From Chiloscyllium plagiosum (lineage: Eukaryota), in the NCBI RefSeq assembly GCF_004010195.1, contig NC_057751.1, positions 3,594,014-3,658,013 on the forward strand: a stretch of DNA of 64,000 nt, in the 5' to 3' direction. The position numbers and the translations under genes were made by a program. Below the pieces are notes generated by a model that worked only from the letters and a program-made list of their open reading frames with translations, did no database searches and was not told the origin of the DNA. Positions within the stretch are counted from its first letter, which is position 1. Each line of letters begins with the position of its first letter. Below are positions 1 to 12,947 of this stretch, one piece after another.

Positions 1-463
1 CTCCCTCACCACCAGACGCCTGTAGGAAGAACGCCTCATCTTCCGCCTCGGAATACTTCAACCCCAGGGCATCAATGTGGACTTCAACAGTTTCCTCATT
101 TCCCCTTCCCCCACCTCACCCTAGTTCTTAACTTCCAGCTCAGCACTGTCCCCATGACTTGTCCGGACTTGTCCTACCTGCCTATCTCCTTTTCCACCTA
201 TCCACTCCACCCTCTCCTCCCTGACCTATCACCTTCATCCCCTCCCCTACTCACTCATTGTACTCTATGCTACTTTCTCCCCACCCCTACCCTCCTCTAG
301 CTTATCTCTCCATGCTTCAGGCTCACTGCCTTTATTCCTGATGAATGGCTTTTGCCCGAAACGTTGATTTCGAAGCTCCTTGGATGCTGCCTGAACTGCT
401 GTGCTCTTCCAGCACCACTACTCCAGAATCTGGTTTCCAGCATCTGCAGTCATTGTTTTTACC
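1..463 (+). mobile_element. Penelope-like retroelement 3' part (end of GIY-YIG ORF, pyrimidine-rich UTR, hammerhead motif)
   Basis: Translates ...LTTRRL*EERLIFRLGILQPQGINVDF; CTGATGA...GAAAC at 338-362; the same terminus (CATTGTTTTTACC) recurs in reverse at ~38893 and ~44939. Confidence 0.75.
338..370 (+). ncRNA. Minimal type-I hammerhead ribozyme-like motif (degenerate)
   Basis: CTGATGA-A-TGGC-TTTT-GCCC-GAAAC-GTT; palindromic AACGTT instead of a full helix III; first base pair of helix II mutated. Confidence 0.6.
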
Positions 464-680
464 TCTGAGGGGAAGACATGCCTGGCTATGAGGTCACAAA
501 TTGTGTCGAACTACGATTCTGCTGCCTGATGGATATCCTGTTTTGAGTTGCTCAATCGTTTAAAGTCTGTCCCATTAAGCATGGCAATAGTGCCCTATAA
601 CACGATGGAAAATATTTTCAATACAAAATGGGGCTTCATCTCCACAAGGACTGTTTGGGAGGTCACTCTTAGATGAGAAG

Positions 681-1007
681 AGATTAGATCAATTAGATTA
701 CTTACAGTGTGGAAACAGGCCCTTCAGCCCAACAAGTCCACACCGACCCTTCGAAGAGCAACCCACCCAGACCCATTCCCCTACATTTACCCCTTCGCCT
801 AACACTACGGGCTATTTAGCGTGGCTAATTCACCTAACTTGCACATCTTTGTGACTGTGGGAGGAAACCGGAGCACCCAGAGGAAATCCACGCAGACATG
901 GGGAGAATGTGCAAACTCCACACAGACAGTTGCCTGAGCCGAGAATTGATCCTGAGTCTCTGGCACTGTGAGGCAGCAGTGCTAATCACTGTGCCACCAT
1001 GCCGCCC
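681..1007 (-). mobile_element. HE1-type tRNA-derived SINE
   Basis: Reverse complement starts GGGCGGCATGGTGGCACAGTGATTAGCAC (A-box-like), has the conserved core and an AATCT-type tail; matches 31602-31916; lies inside an older LINE-like fragment (~480-1200). Confidence 0.85.
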
Positions 1008-1326
1008 ACAAATGTAATCTTACTGATATTGTCTTGGACAGATGCATCTGCATCAGGATATATCCAGGGATCGTGACAGTGTTGTCTGGAACATTGCATG
1101 TATGGTGTGATTCCGTGAGTTTGAGTATGTCAGACTGTTACTTAACCAGTTGATCAGACATCTATCCTAAGCTATCTCATCCTGTGTGAGGTAGACTTCA
1201 AGTAGATCTGCAGGCCAAAACAAACTGAGCCAAGAAATAATTCTTCAGAGTTTCAGAGTCACATTTTTAATCCAGACCTATTCAGAGGTTAGCAGCAAAT
1301 TTGTGCAGTTGCTGGAATTCTATATT

Positions 1327-2150
1327 GAAAACCACAAATGCTGGAGCTCACAGTGGGTCAGACAGCATCCATGGACAGAGAGCAAGCTCATGTTTTGAGT
1401 CTAGATGACTCTTCATCAGAGCTGAAGTGAAGTGTGCAGGGGGCAGCATTTATGAAAGCGGGATGGGGTGTGTTGGCTGTAGAGTGCTGGGGAAGAAAAG
1501 ATATTGATAGTTTAGACGAGGTGACTGGAATGTGAGAACGGTGGAACAATGGTATCTCGAACTGCCAGACTGGGAAGAACAGACAGCTCTATTGAGGTGG
1601 GGGGAGGGGAGAGACAGTGACAAAGAATGTAATAAGTAAAGCTAAAAGGGAAGGAACAGGAGATGGTTTATAATTTGAAGGAGTTGAACTCGATATTAAG
1701 TTCAGAAGGATGTAAAGTCTGAAGATGAGATGTTGTTCCTCCAGTTTGCGCTGTGATTCACTGGAACACTGCAGCATGCCAAGGACAGACATGTGGACAT
1801 GTGAGCAGGACACCTTGCTAAAATGACCGGCTGCGAGAAGGTTGGGGTCATGCTTGTGCATTGAGGTGGTCACCCAGTCTGTGTTTGGTTTCTCCAACGT
1901 AGAAAAGGCCACATTGGGAGTGAGGGGAGAATGTATTTGGTGGTGGTGGTGTTCTGCTGGGGTTATCTGAAATGGTGGAGAATGATCCTTTCAATACAGA
2001 GGCTGGTGGGATGAAAAGGGAGGAAAAGGGGTACCTTATCATGCTGTTGTGAGTGATGGGAAGGGGCAAGGACGGAAGTACGGGTGTTAGGCTGGATCTG
2101 GTTGAGGGCCCGGTTAAACCACAGTGGGCGGGAAACCACAGTTATGGAAC
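1327..2150 (-). mobile_element. Penelope-like element remnant, second family
   Basis: Minus frames give CGLFYVGETKHRLGD and RKLEEQHLIFRL (GIY-YIG); CTGATGA-A-GAGTC-ATCTA-GACTC-AAAAC at ~1392-1419. Confidence 0.75.
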
Positions 2151-2389
2151 AGGCTGTTGACAGGTCAATAAAAGTTAATTTTGCTTAGAAGTTGCCAGAA
2201 ACACATCTTTGATGAGCAACTTACAGTTTCTTAATTGAAGGATTGTGGACCACTACCTTTCAATTTTTATTTATTTTAATTGACTGTTGAGAGAAAATCT
2301 GCATATAATTTCTATTTGTTTCAGGCCACTGAAAAGTTGCCTTTTGGTGTGATATTCAATAAGGGCCTCGCAGGAGACTGTTTAAATAA

Positions 2390-2802
2390 GAACAATGTCA
2401 CTGTTGCTTGACTTCACGCTTTTTGAACCAGATGATCCTGAGTTCAAGGACCACATCACAGATGTCAGCACAACATCCAGGCTGAGATTCTAATGTCAAG
2501 CTGAATGCTGGCTGCATTGCTGGTGGTGCCATCTTTCAGATGTGACAATGAAACAGTTTCACGGAACTATTCAAAGATCAACCACAAAGTTCTCCCCAGT
2601 GCCCAAGCCAAAACTTATCTTCAGTAAATTCCTGAAACAAATTACCTGGTCACCATTTCTTTGCTGTTTGAGGGATCTTGCTTTGTGCAAATTGTCTGCT
2701 GTGTTTTCAAGGTTCCAATGCTGCAATACTATTTGATTGACTGCAAAGTACTTGGAGATGTCCTGAGCTTGTGGAAGGTGCAGGAGAAATACAAGTTCTT
2801 TT
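2390..2802 (+). mobile_element. Deu-domain SINE (SacSINE1/AmnSINE-like)
   Basis: TTGCTGTTTGAGGGATCTTGCTTTGTGCAAATTGTCTGCTGTGTTT and a tail ending AAATACAAGTTCTTTT resemble the Deu domain; weaker remnant at ~25750-25977. Confidence 0.65.
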
Positions 2803-3789
2803 GTTTGTGACCAAAAGAACCCTGCTTTTCCTGTCAACAAAATGTATTTGCTTGTTTAATAGCCCATATCAAAGTCATTGATTGTGCAAGAAACATTTAA
2901 GCTTCTGAGACATGTAATTAAGGAACTCTGTGAATATAAGACTTTTATGTTTGATTGATCTCTCATGTTTATACATCACAACTTTGAATGATGTAATGAA
3001 ATCAATAAAATGAATAGAAATAATCAATAAATCAAATAACCGAATGACTGACAAAAAGAGAAAAGATTCAACATTAAATACAACAAAATATTTCCAATTA
3101 AAAACCGCAGGTTTGATTTTATGCTTTTCACTGTATCTCAGGGTGTGGCAACAATAAATCAAATCAAATTACACATTTAGTTTTGCACTTCAAGCTGAAC
3201 ACCAAGAAGAGTATCATTGCTCCATATCAACAACACTGACTGTCCCAACTACTTAAGTTGAATCATTCAGTATGCCACTGCTCTTCTGATAACTAAAATT
3301 CTCTTGAAACAGGAGATGGAATTGATTCTATAGCACAAAAGCTCTACAATGATTCATAATATTAATTATTGTTAAGTATATACAAGGCCTCAATTTGTTT
3401 AAGTATTACATAACAGAACACAAAACAAACAATTTATCACAGCTTTGTTACAGTTCACATTTCGGTTTCAGTGCTGCGAATGTGAAATGTTGTAAAATGC
3501 AACATAATATTCAATTATTATCTGCGTTGCAAAATAATTATCTTTAATTGTTTAATTTTAAATCTGTGCAATTTCTCTGGACGTAGGTTCCTTTCCACAC
3601 AGAAAGACACACATTATGAATATCAATTGAGGTGGTAAATGTTGACCTGAAGAATATCCCTGCAGAATGCTGTTCTCCTGGAATCACCACTGCATTGCGA
3701 TTCTCGTTTGTTGAGTGTCACGGAAGGTTTGCTCTGCAAGGCCAAGCAAGATCTTTTACCACATTTTACCAAATATGCCTAATTAATTA

Positions 3790-5280
3790 ACTACCTGTCC
3801 TTATGGCACCACTCTTGCCTGTTTCCAGCCCAATCTTACCAGCCGCTATTCCCAGAAGAACATGCCACTCACCAGGCTTCTGATGGAAGATGAGCATCTC
3901 TGGCACTTGGGCCATCTTTAAAATGCCACTTCACATCCAGACAAACACTGGCATTCTGAAACTCTGGACAGTCTTTCCAAAGATGTCTGAGAATATGGCA
4001 CGCGATTTCCTGACAGGAACCTGGAGGTCCTAGTGGATAAAGGAGTGTCCTCTTTTCCCCTGAGGATCAGCGGAGGTGTCCATACCATCAGGCCCCGGCA
4101 GCATCATCTGTGGCGGTCACCTGGTTCAGTGCTGTAAATACAGTCTAGAAAATTGGCCAGCCAGCAGTGCCACAGGAAGCTCTCCACTCTCTGAGAGCAA
4201 GTGCCATACTCTTCTCTTGTATACACCGTACTCATTTTGTCTCTCTTGCTGCATCCATCTCCCACCAAAGCCAATGCGTGCAGAATCTTTCTTGACCGGC
4301 TGTTGTCTCCTCTCAATGTGCCACATCATTAAAACTCCAAGGCTTCTTTATTGCTTATTCCCTCACCTGGGGCATCTTTCTCCCACTTCTACCACCAGTG
4401 ATAACTAGGCCACTGATCCTCATCTCACTTGAGCTCTCCATCTCTGATGAGAAAATGCCCCCTTGATAGGGCGGAATGAGCCACAACTGGCGCCCCCCCA
4501 CCACCCTCCACTGTCAGATTTCAATCAAGAATCTCATCCATTAGTAGTGAAGAATGGGGCTGCTCCTGTGGGAAAGTGAGATATTGATAACCCACTGACT
4601 GCGTAAGTACAACTCTTCATTAAACTGCAACCCACCCATGAACACTGTTGTCAATGTTATTCATTGCATATTACATCAAACAACTGACTGTGATGTCTTC
4701 TCTCTCCGATGTCTTGAAGATACCAGCAGGATGGCCATGGCCCCGGGGGAGAAACAAGCTATTCCACCAGAAGACACCTCTTTAATCTCCATGGAAGAGA
4801 ATTCCAAGGCCTCATAGAAAGAATTGCCTCTTGCAACCCCTGCCTGTTCAGACACTGACCTGGGTGGGAATGTCAGATTTAAAATGTTTTGGAGCACAAA
4901 CTGGTATGCACGTCTCTTCCACAGTCTGCACCTCAGCAAGAAAGAAATGTTCCTGGCTTCTAGCACACAGAGGACTGCCAGAGACTGGACAATTGCTTAG
5001 CCTGAGGCAGGAGAGAACTCTTTGGCATCGGTCATATTGGACTTCATTGAAATACACAATGAGGAACAGGAGCAGTAGGAAGGTATCTGGGAGGCAATGG
5101 CCCTCATAACCTCGAGGCTGTCATAGTTCAGCTATCCTAAACAGCTGAATATCTCACTGATTCCATGGACAAGATGGCTGCTGCCATGGGGAGCCGGGTC
5201 CAGCAGCATCAGGAGATGCTAGAAAGGACCACTCCCATGTTCTCCACGGCCCCAGTCATGCATCCTCACAACTGAAAGCA
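3790..5280 (+). mobile_element. Decayed Harbinger-type element with Myb/SANT-like ORF remnant
   Basis: ~3996-4200 reads MARDFL/FPDRNLEVLVD...LFP.RISG...SAV...QQCHRK across frameshifts; related to 30200-30900. Confidence 0.4.
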
Positions 5281-5370
5281 TGACTGAAGCACAGATACTG
5301 AGATGTAGTGTCATAAAATCTCACAGCACAGAAGCAGACAATTTGGCTCAATTCATCCATGATGACCATG

Positions 5371-5686
5371 GGGGCACAGTGACTCAGTGGTTAGCACTGC
5401 TGCCTCATAGTGCCACGTACATGGGTTCAATTCCACAATCGGGTGACTGTCTGTGCGGATTCTCCCCCGTCTGTGTGGATTTCCTCCGGGCACTCCGGTT
5501 CCCTCCCACAGTCCAAGGATGTCTAGGTTAGGCGGATTGTCCATGCAAAATTGCCCATCGTGTCCAGGAAAGTATAGGGTTACAGGGATAGGGTTGGGGG
5601 GAGTGGGATGCTGTTTGGAGGTTTGGTGTGCACTCAATGGGCCAAATGGCCTGCTTCCACACTGTAGGGATTCTATGATCCCATGA
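5371..5686 (+). mobile_element. HE1-type SINE
   Basis: A-box TGACTCAGTGG, B-box GGTTCAATTCC, core, HER1-like tail. Confidence 0.85.
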
Positions 5687-5702
5687 CCAGGTTTCTCAAA
5701 CT

Positions 5703-7330
5703 GAACTCATCCTATTTGCCAGCATTTGGCCCATATCCTTCTGAACTCTTCCGATTCAAGTAGCAGTCCAAATGTTTTATAAATGCTGTACTTGCACCAG
5801 CCTCCACCGCTTCCTCTGGCAGCTCGTTCCGTACACACACCACCTTCTGTGTAAAATGTTGCACCTCCCTTTTAAATATTTCCCCTCTCAGCTTAAACCT
5901 ATACCCTCTAGTTTTAAACTCCCCTACTCTGGGGAAAAGTCCTTGACTATTCAGCTTATCTGTGCCACTCACGATCTTGTAAGTCTCGATAAGGCCCCTG
6001 GCTTTTCCTTGCAGTCTTCCTTAAATAATTGCAAAACATTACCCATCTTCCAGTCCTCTCGCACTCAATCATGGTTGTTGATGATCCAAAATCTCTGTTA
6101 GGGGATCCGCAATATTTTTCCGAGCTTTCCACTGTGTTCTGAGATACATTGACGAGGTCCCAGGATTTATTTACTTTTACACATTTTAAGAAAGGATGTA
6201 CTGGCACTGGAAGGGATGCAGAGGAGCATCACGAGGTTCATTCTAGTGTTGAGGGAGTTGTCTTATGAGGAAAGACTGAGTAGATTGGGATTATATTCAT
6301 TGGAATTCAGAAGATTGAGGGGCATCTTTTAGAAACATATAAAATTATGAAGGGAATAGATAAGATAGAAGTAGAGGTGAAGCGAGGACAAGAAGGTATA
6401 GCCTCAGAATTCGGGGGAGCAGATTTAGGACTGAATTGAGAGGAACTTCTTCACCCAGAGGGTTGTTAATCTATGGAATTCCTTGCCCAGTGAAGTGGCT
6501 AACACTACTTCAGTAAACATCTTGAAAGCTAAGGTAGTTATGTTTTTTGAACAATAAAGGAATTAAGGGATACCGTGAGAGTGTGGGTAAGTGAATCAGA
6601 GTCCACAAAAAGATCAGCCATGATCTTATTAAATGGTGGAGCAGGCTCGAAGGGCCAGAAGCCTACTCCTGCTCCTAGGTCTTATGATTTTATGTTCATA
6701 TGTGAGCCCTGCCATGCCCGGAATCAATTTGGTAAATCTTCATTGCACTCCCTCTTATAGAAAGAACAATCTTCCTTAGATAAGGAGACCAAATCTCCAC
6801 ACAATATTCCCAGTGTGGCCTCACTAATGCCCTGTATAGCGACAGCAAGTTCCTGTCCTGGAATCCTCTGGCTATGAAGACCAACATTGTTTGCTTCTTT
6901 CTTGTCTGCTGCACCAGCACACTTACTTTCAGCGACTGGTGCTCGAAGACACCCAGGTCTTGTTGAATATTCCCCTCTCTCAATTTACAGCCATTTTTGT
7001 ACAATTTGCCTTCCTATTTTTGTGACCAAAATGGATAACTCACATTTATCCATATTATGCTGCATTGGCCATGCATTAGCTCACTCACTCAGCTTGTCTA
7101 AATCACACTGTCACATTTCTGCATCCTATTAACAGGGGCACAGAACAGAAGAGCAAGGGAATGACATTGTACGTGCTAAGACACTTATTAGACCTCATCC
7201 TGAAGTATTGTGTACAATTGTGAGATGCAAACGAAGCAAGGATGATGTGTAATAAACCTTTTCACATTGCGAGTAGTTTGAGTCTGGAATGCACTGCTTG
7301 GAAATGTGGTGGGAGCAGGTTCAATGGATG
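5703..7330. mobile_element. Cluster of CR1/HER1 LINE fragments in alternating orientation (- 5703-6190, + 6190-6698, - 6700-7130, + 7130-7330)
   Basis: CR1 ORF2 C-terminal motifs TRGYRFKLRG, FTQKVV..NELPEE, LYRALVRPHWEYCVEIWSPYLRK. Confidence 0.85.
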
Positions 7331-7339
7331 TGGAGGCAC

Positions 7340-8139
7340 GTATCCTGAATCAATATCTGTGTTGAGCCTTTAGAAAGGAAGGTGAACAAGACATGTACAA
7401 GGCAATGGAATCTGCTGGCATCATTGTCCCTCTTGGTCAAACAGCCTGAAATTTTCCCTGGCCTCTATGTGAACACGTTTTGGTGTGGAATGAACCTACA
7501 CCTGGAGCAGGGAGTTGTTCAGCATGGAGGGAACCAGGAATTCACCAAGCTCACAGTTTGGGTCCTGGACAGTGCATTGGTTTGTGCGTTATATTTTTGC
7601 CCTGGATAGGGCCCCCACCACCCTCTGTGTGAAGTACATGCTGTGTGTACCCCCCTCTCACCTTGAAAGCGTGACCTCTCGTTATTGAAATGATCCTTTT
7701 TTGGTGTCAGGGGTGATATTGCACTGTTTGTGAAACCTCACGTTGCTGTAAATTAGCTGTAAATGATTGTACCTCTGCTTGTTGGCATCTCTGCCTCACC
7801 CCAACTGCCCCTGCCCAGCGTATGTGTGCCAACATGATGCCCAGCTTTGTGTCTGCACAGTATGTATCCTGGGTCAGTGTCTGTGTTGAGCCTTTAGAAA
7901 GGAAGGTGAACAAGACATGTACAAGGCAATGGAATCTGCTGGCATCATTGTCCCTCTTGGTCAAACAGCCTGAAATTTTCCCTGGCCTCTATGTGAACAC
8001 GTTTTGGTGTGGAATGAACCTACACCTGGAGCAGGGAGTTGTTCAGCATGGAGGGAACCAGGAATTCACCAAGCTCACAGTTTGGGTCCTGGACAGTGCA
8101 TTGGTTTGTGCGTTATATTTTTGCCCTGGATAGGGCCCC
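7340..8139 (+). repeat. Local direct duplication of 276 bp (7340-7615 and 7864-8139, period 524)
   Basis: Identical from TCTGTGTTGAGCC to GGATAGGGCCCC; gives identical ORF tails in the track. Confidence 0.95.
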
Positions 8140-8379
8140 ACATTGATGGGTCTTTCAGACTCCTCCCTCACAGATCGAGATATTTCCACTACCCGCTGTG
8201 TGCGCGTGTGGTCGCAGCCATTCTCTTTCACAATGTGAAGGTTTGATTTTCACCGTGATGGAACACAACAGTGAGCTCACTTTGGGGAACTGACACGAGC
8301 TTGAAGCTCTATGTGAAATTGAAGCTCAAGCATCCGGATCGCCTTTTCTGCGAATGTCCTCGCTTTCTCACTTCCGCAG

Positions 8380-8491
8380 GTCCCCACCAACACACTACAT
8401 GAACCTGCACTTGCCCAGCTTTCTCCCTTCCTGGTCTATCTGATGACAGGACCAGGTGTAGTCAGACACAGAAGCCAGGGTACTCCTGACC
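8380..8491 (+). other. Candidate 112-nt exon (unassigned, possibly non-coding)
   Basis: Acceptor CCTCGCTTTCTCACTTCCGCAG|G, donor ACC|GTAAGT; one open frame (VPTNTLHEPALAQLSPFLVYLMTGPGVVRHRSQGTPD). Confidence 0.35.
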
Positions 8492-8646
8492 GTAAGTGAT
8501 CCTGGTTCCCACATTACCCTGTTCCCAACTGTTCTTCACCCTGGCCCACCATTCCAATTAGAGAATAACCTCGGTTATCCCATCAAGGTGGACGGCGAGT
8601 ATTTTGTACGGCTAACTGATCATTCAGATAACTGATCAGGATTTGC

Positions 8647-10842
8647 GTGGTGGCAGCAAAAGTAGGAACAGGGTTCCCACGGCGATGGCAATCGCATGAA
8701 CAGCGTCCCGCGGTGAATGTAATAGCAGGAACAGGGTCCCGTGGTGAGGGCAATAGCAGGAACAGGGTCCCGTGGAGGCGGCAATACCAGGAACAGGGTC
8801 CCGTGGTGAGGGCAATAGCAGGAACACGGTCCCGTGGTGAGGGCAATAGCAGGAACAGGGTCCCGTGGAGGCGGCAATACCAGGAACAGGGTCCCGTGGT
8901 GAGGGCAATAGCAGGAACAGGGTCCCGTGGTGAGGGCAATAGCAGGAACAGGGTGCCGTGGAGACGGCAATACCAGGTACAGGGACTGTGGTGAGGGCAA
9001 TACCAGGAACAGGGTCCTGTGGTGAGGGCAATAGCAGGAACAGGGTCCCGTGGTGAGGGCAATAGCAGGAACAGGGTCCCGTGGTGAGGGCAATAGCATG
9101 AACAGGGTCCCGTGGTGAGGGCAATAGCAGGAACAGGGTCCCGTGGAGGCGGCAATACCAGGAACAGGGTCCCGTGGTGAGGGCAATAGTAGGAACAGGG
9201 TCCCATGGTGGCAGCAATACCAGGAACACGGCCCCGTGGAGGCGGCAATACCAGGAGCAGGGTCCCATGGTGAGGGCAATAGCAGGAACAGGGTCCCATG
9301 GTGAGGGCAATAGCAGGAACAGGGTCCCGTGGAAGCGGAATACCAGGAACAGGGTCCTATGGTGTGGGCAATACCAGGAACAGGGTCCCATGGTGAGGGC
9401 AATAGCCTGAACAGCGTCCCGTGGTGAGGGCAATAGCAGGAACAGGGTCCTGTGGTGAGGGCAATAGCATGAACAACGTCCCAGGTTGAGGGCAATAGCA
9501 GGAACAGGGTCCCGTGGTGAGGGCAATACCAGGAACAGGGTCCCATGGTGAGGGCAAGATCAGGAACAGAGTCCCGTGGTGAGGGCATTAGCATGAACAG
9601 GGTCCCGTGGTGAGGGCAATAGCAGGAACAGGGTCCCGTGGTGATGGCAATAGCAGGAACAGGGTCCTGTGGTGAGGGCAATAGCCTGAACAGCGTCCCG
9701 TGGTGAGGGCAATAGCAGGAACAGGGTCCCGTGGTGATGGCAATAGCAGGAACAGGGTCCTGTGGTGAGGGCAATAGCCTGAACAGCGTCCCGTGGTGAG
9801 GGCAATAACAGGAACAGGGTCCCATGGTGGCAGCAATTTAGCATGAACAGGGTCCCATGGTGAGGGCATTAGCATGAACAGGGTCCCGTGGTGAGGGCAA
9901 TAGCAGGAACAGGGTCCCGTGGTGAGGGCAATAGCATGAACAGGGTCCCGTGGTGAGGGCAATAGCAGGAACAGGGTCCCGTGATGAGGGCAATAGCAGG
10001 AACAGCGTCCCGTGGTGAGGGCAATAGCAGGAACAGGGTGCCGTGGAGGCGGCAATACCAGGAACAGGGACTGTGGTGAGGGCAATACCAGGAATAGGGT
10101 CCTGTGGTGAGGGCAATAGCAGGAACAGGGTCCCGTGGTGAGGGCAATAGCAGGAACAGGGTCCCGTGGTGAGGGCAATAGCATGAACAGGGTCCCGTGG
10201 TGGCAGCAATAACAGAAACAGGGTCCCGTCGTGAGGGCAATAGCAGGAACAGGGTCCCGTGGTGAGGGCAATAGCATGTACAGGGTCCTGTGGTGAGGGC
10301 AATAGCAGGAACAGGGTCCCGTGGTGGCAGCAATAACAGGAACAGGGTCCCATGGTGAGGGCAATAGCAGGAACAGGGTCCCGTGGTGAGGGCAATAGCA
10401 GGAACAGGGTCCCGTGGAAGCGGAATACCAGGAACAGGGTCCTATGGTGTGGGCAATACCAGGAACAGGGTCCCGTGGTGAGGACAATAACATGAACAGC
10501 GTCCCGTGGTGAGGGCAATAGCAGGAACAGGGTCCCGTGGTGAGGGCAATAGCATGAACATCGTCCCAGGTTGAGGGCAATAGCAGGAACAGGGTCCCGT
10601 AGTGAGGGCAATACCAGGAACAGGGTCCCATGGTGAGGGCAAGATCAGGAATAGAGTCCCGTGGTGAGGGCATTAGCATGAACAGGGTCCCGTGGTGAGG
10701 GCAATAGCAGGAACAGGGTCCCGTGGAGGCGGCAATACCAGGAGCAGGGTCCCGTGGTGAGGGCAATAACAGGAACAGGGTCCCATGGTGGCAGCAATTT
10801 AGCATGAACAGGGTCCCATGGTGAGGGCAATAGCAGGAACAG
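8647..10842. repeat. 31-bp minisatellite, block 1 (~70 units)
   Basis: Consensus GGAACAGGGTCCCGTGGTGAGGGCAATAGCA; the 31-aa periodicity in minus ORFs equals three units. Confidence 0.97.
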
Positions 10843-10965
10843 AACCTACAACACGAGATGTGTATTCCTGCTGTAAGAGCAGTCGGATAAAGTGGAGGTC
10901 CTTGGTATTCCGTGGTGTAGATTCACAGTGTCCCCATAATGTTATTGTTTAATTTTCTCTGGCAG

Positions 10966-11135
10966 AAACATCACAGACAGAGAGGAATAGATGGGGGCCA
11001 TTTCACTCGCCAGCGCTACCCCGCCATTTGATGTCGTGATGGTTAACCGAACCGTCAATGTTTTTTCCCAGCCCATCCACATCAACCTGTCGCCCAACGG
11101 GAAAGAGACACTGAATAAACCGAAAAACTCTGCGG
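10966..11135 (+). other. Candidate terminal exon inside the unique insert that splits the minisatellite
   Basis: Acceptor TTATTGTTTAATTTTCTCTGGCAG|A; AATAAA at 11114-11119. Confidence 0.3.
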
Positions 11136-12947
11136 GGTCCCGTGGTGAGGGCAATAGCATGAACATCGTCCCAGGTTGAGGGCAATAGCAGGAACAGGGT
11201 CCCGTGGTGAGGGCAATAGCATGAACATCGTCCCAGGTTGAGGGCAATAGCAGGAACAGGGTCCCGTGGTGAGGGCAATACCAGGAACAGGGTCCCATGG
11301 TGAGGGCAATAGCAGGAACGGGGTCCCGTGGTGAGGGCAATAGCATGAACATCGTCCCAGGTTGAGGGCAATAGCAGGAACAGGGTCCCGTGGTGAGGGC
11401 AATACCAGGAACAGGGTCCCATGGTGAGGGCAAGATCAGGAACAGAGTCCCGTGGTGAGGGCATTAGCATGAACAGGGTCCCGTGGTGAGGGCAATAGCA
11501 GGAACAGGGTCCCGTGGTGAGGGCAAGATCAGGAACAGGGTCCCATGGTGAGGGCAAGATCAGGAACAGGGTCCCGTGGTGAGGGCAATAGCAGGAACAG
11601 GGTCCCGTGGAGGCGGCAATACCAGGAGCAGGGTCCCGTGGTTTAGGCAATAACAGGAACAGGGTCCCGTAGTGAGGGCAATAACAGGAACAGGGTCCCA
11701 TGGTGGCAGCAATTTAGCATGAACAGGGTCCCATGGTGAGGGCAATAGCAGGAACGGGGTCCCGTGGTGATGGCAATAGCAGGAACAGGGTCCTGTGGTG
11801 TGGGCAATACCAGGAACAGGGTCCCGTGGTGAGGGCAATAGCATGAACAGGGTCCCGTGGTGAGGGCAATAGCAGGAACAGGGTCCCATGATGAGGGCAA
11901 TAGCATGAACAGGGTCCCGTGGTGGCAGCAATAGCAGGAACAGGGTCCCGTGGTGGCGGCAATACCAGGAACAGGGTTCCGTCGTGGCGGCAATACCAGG
12001 AACAGGGTCCCGTGGTGAGGGCAATAGCAGGAACAGGGTCCCGTGGTGAGGGCAATAGCAGGAACAGGGTCCCGTGGTGATGGCAATACCAGGAACAGGG
12101 TCCTGTGGTGATGGCAATAGCAGGAACAGGGTCCCGTGGTGATGGCAATACCAGGAACAGGGTCCCGTGATGAGGACAATAGCAGGAACAGGGTCCCGTG
12201 GTGAGGGCAATACCAGGAACAGGGTCCCGTGATGAGGACAATAGCAGGAACAGGGTCCCGTGGTGAGGGCAATAGCAGGAACAGGGTCCCGTGATGAGGA
12301 CAATAGCAGGAACAGGGTCCCGTGGTGAGGGCAATAGCAGGAACAGGGCCCCGTGGTGGCAGCAATAGCAGGCACAGGGCCCCGTGGTGAGGGCAATAGC
12401 ATGAACTGGGTCCCATGGTGAGGGCAATAGCAGCAACAGGGTCCCGTGGTGAGGGCAATAGCAGGAACAGGGTTTCATGGTGATGCCAATAGCATGAACA
12501 GGGTCCCGTGGTGAGTGCAATAGCATGAACAGGGTCCCGTGGTGAGGGCAATAGCAGGAACAGGGTCCCGTGGTGGCAGCAATAACAGAAACAGGGTCCC
12601 GTCGTGAGGGCAATAGCAGGAACAGGGTCCCGTGGTGAGGGCAATACCAGGAACAGGGTCCCGTGGTGAGGGCAATAGCAGGAACAGGGTCCCGTGGTGG
12701 CAGCAATAACATGAACAGGGTCCCGTGGTGAGGGCAATAGCAGGAACAGGGTCCCGTGGTGAGGGCAATAGCAGGGACATTGTCCCGTGGTGAGGACAAT
12801 AGCATGAACAGGGTCCCATGGTGAAGGCAATAGCAGGAACAGTGTCCCGTGGTGGCAGCAATAACAGGAACAGGGTCCCATGGTGATGGCAATAGCAGGA
12901 ACAAGGAACCGTGGTGAGGACAATAGCAGGAACAGGGCCTTGTGGCA
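11136..12947. repeat. 31-bp minisatellite, block 2 (~58 units)
   Basis: Same unit; resumes in register (GGAACAG|insert|GGTCCC). Confidence 0.97.

Noticed and set aside
8647..12947. CRISPR-like array
   Set aside because: Head-to-tail units without unique spacers, no cas genes, vertebrate context.
8647..12947. G-quadruplex array
   Set aside because: GGG runs are 11-14 nt apart and one is followed by a complementary CCC; weak support.
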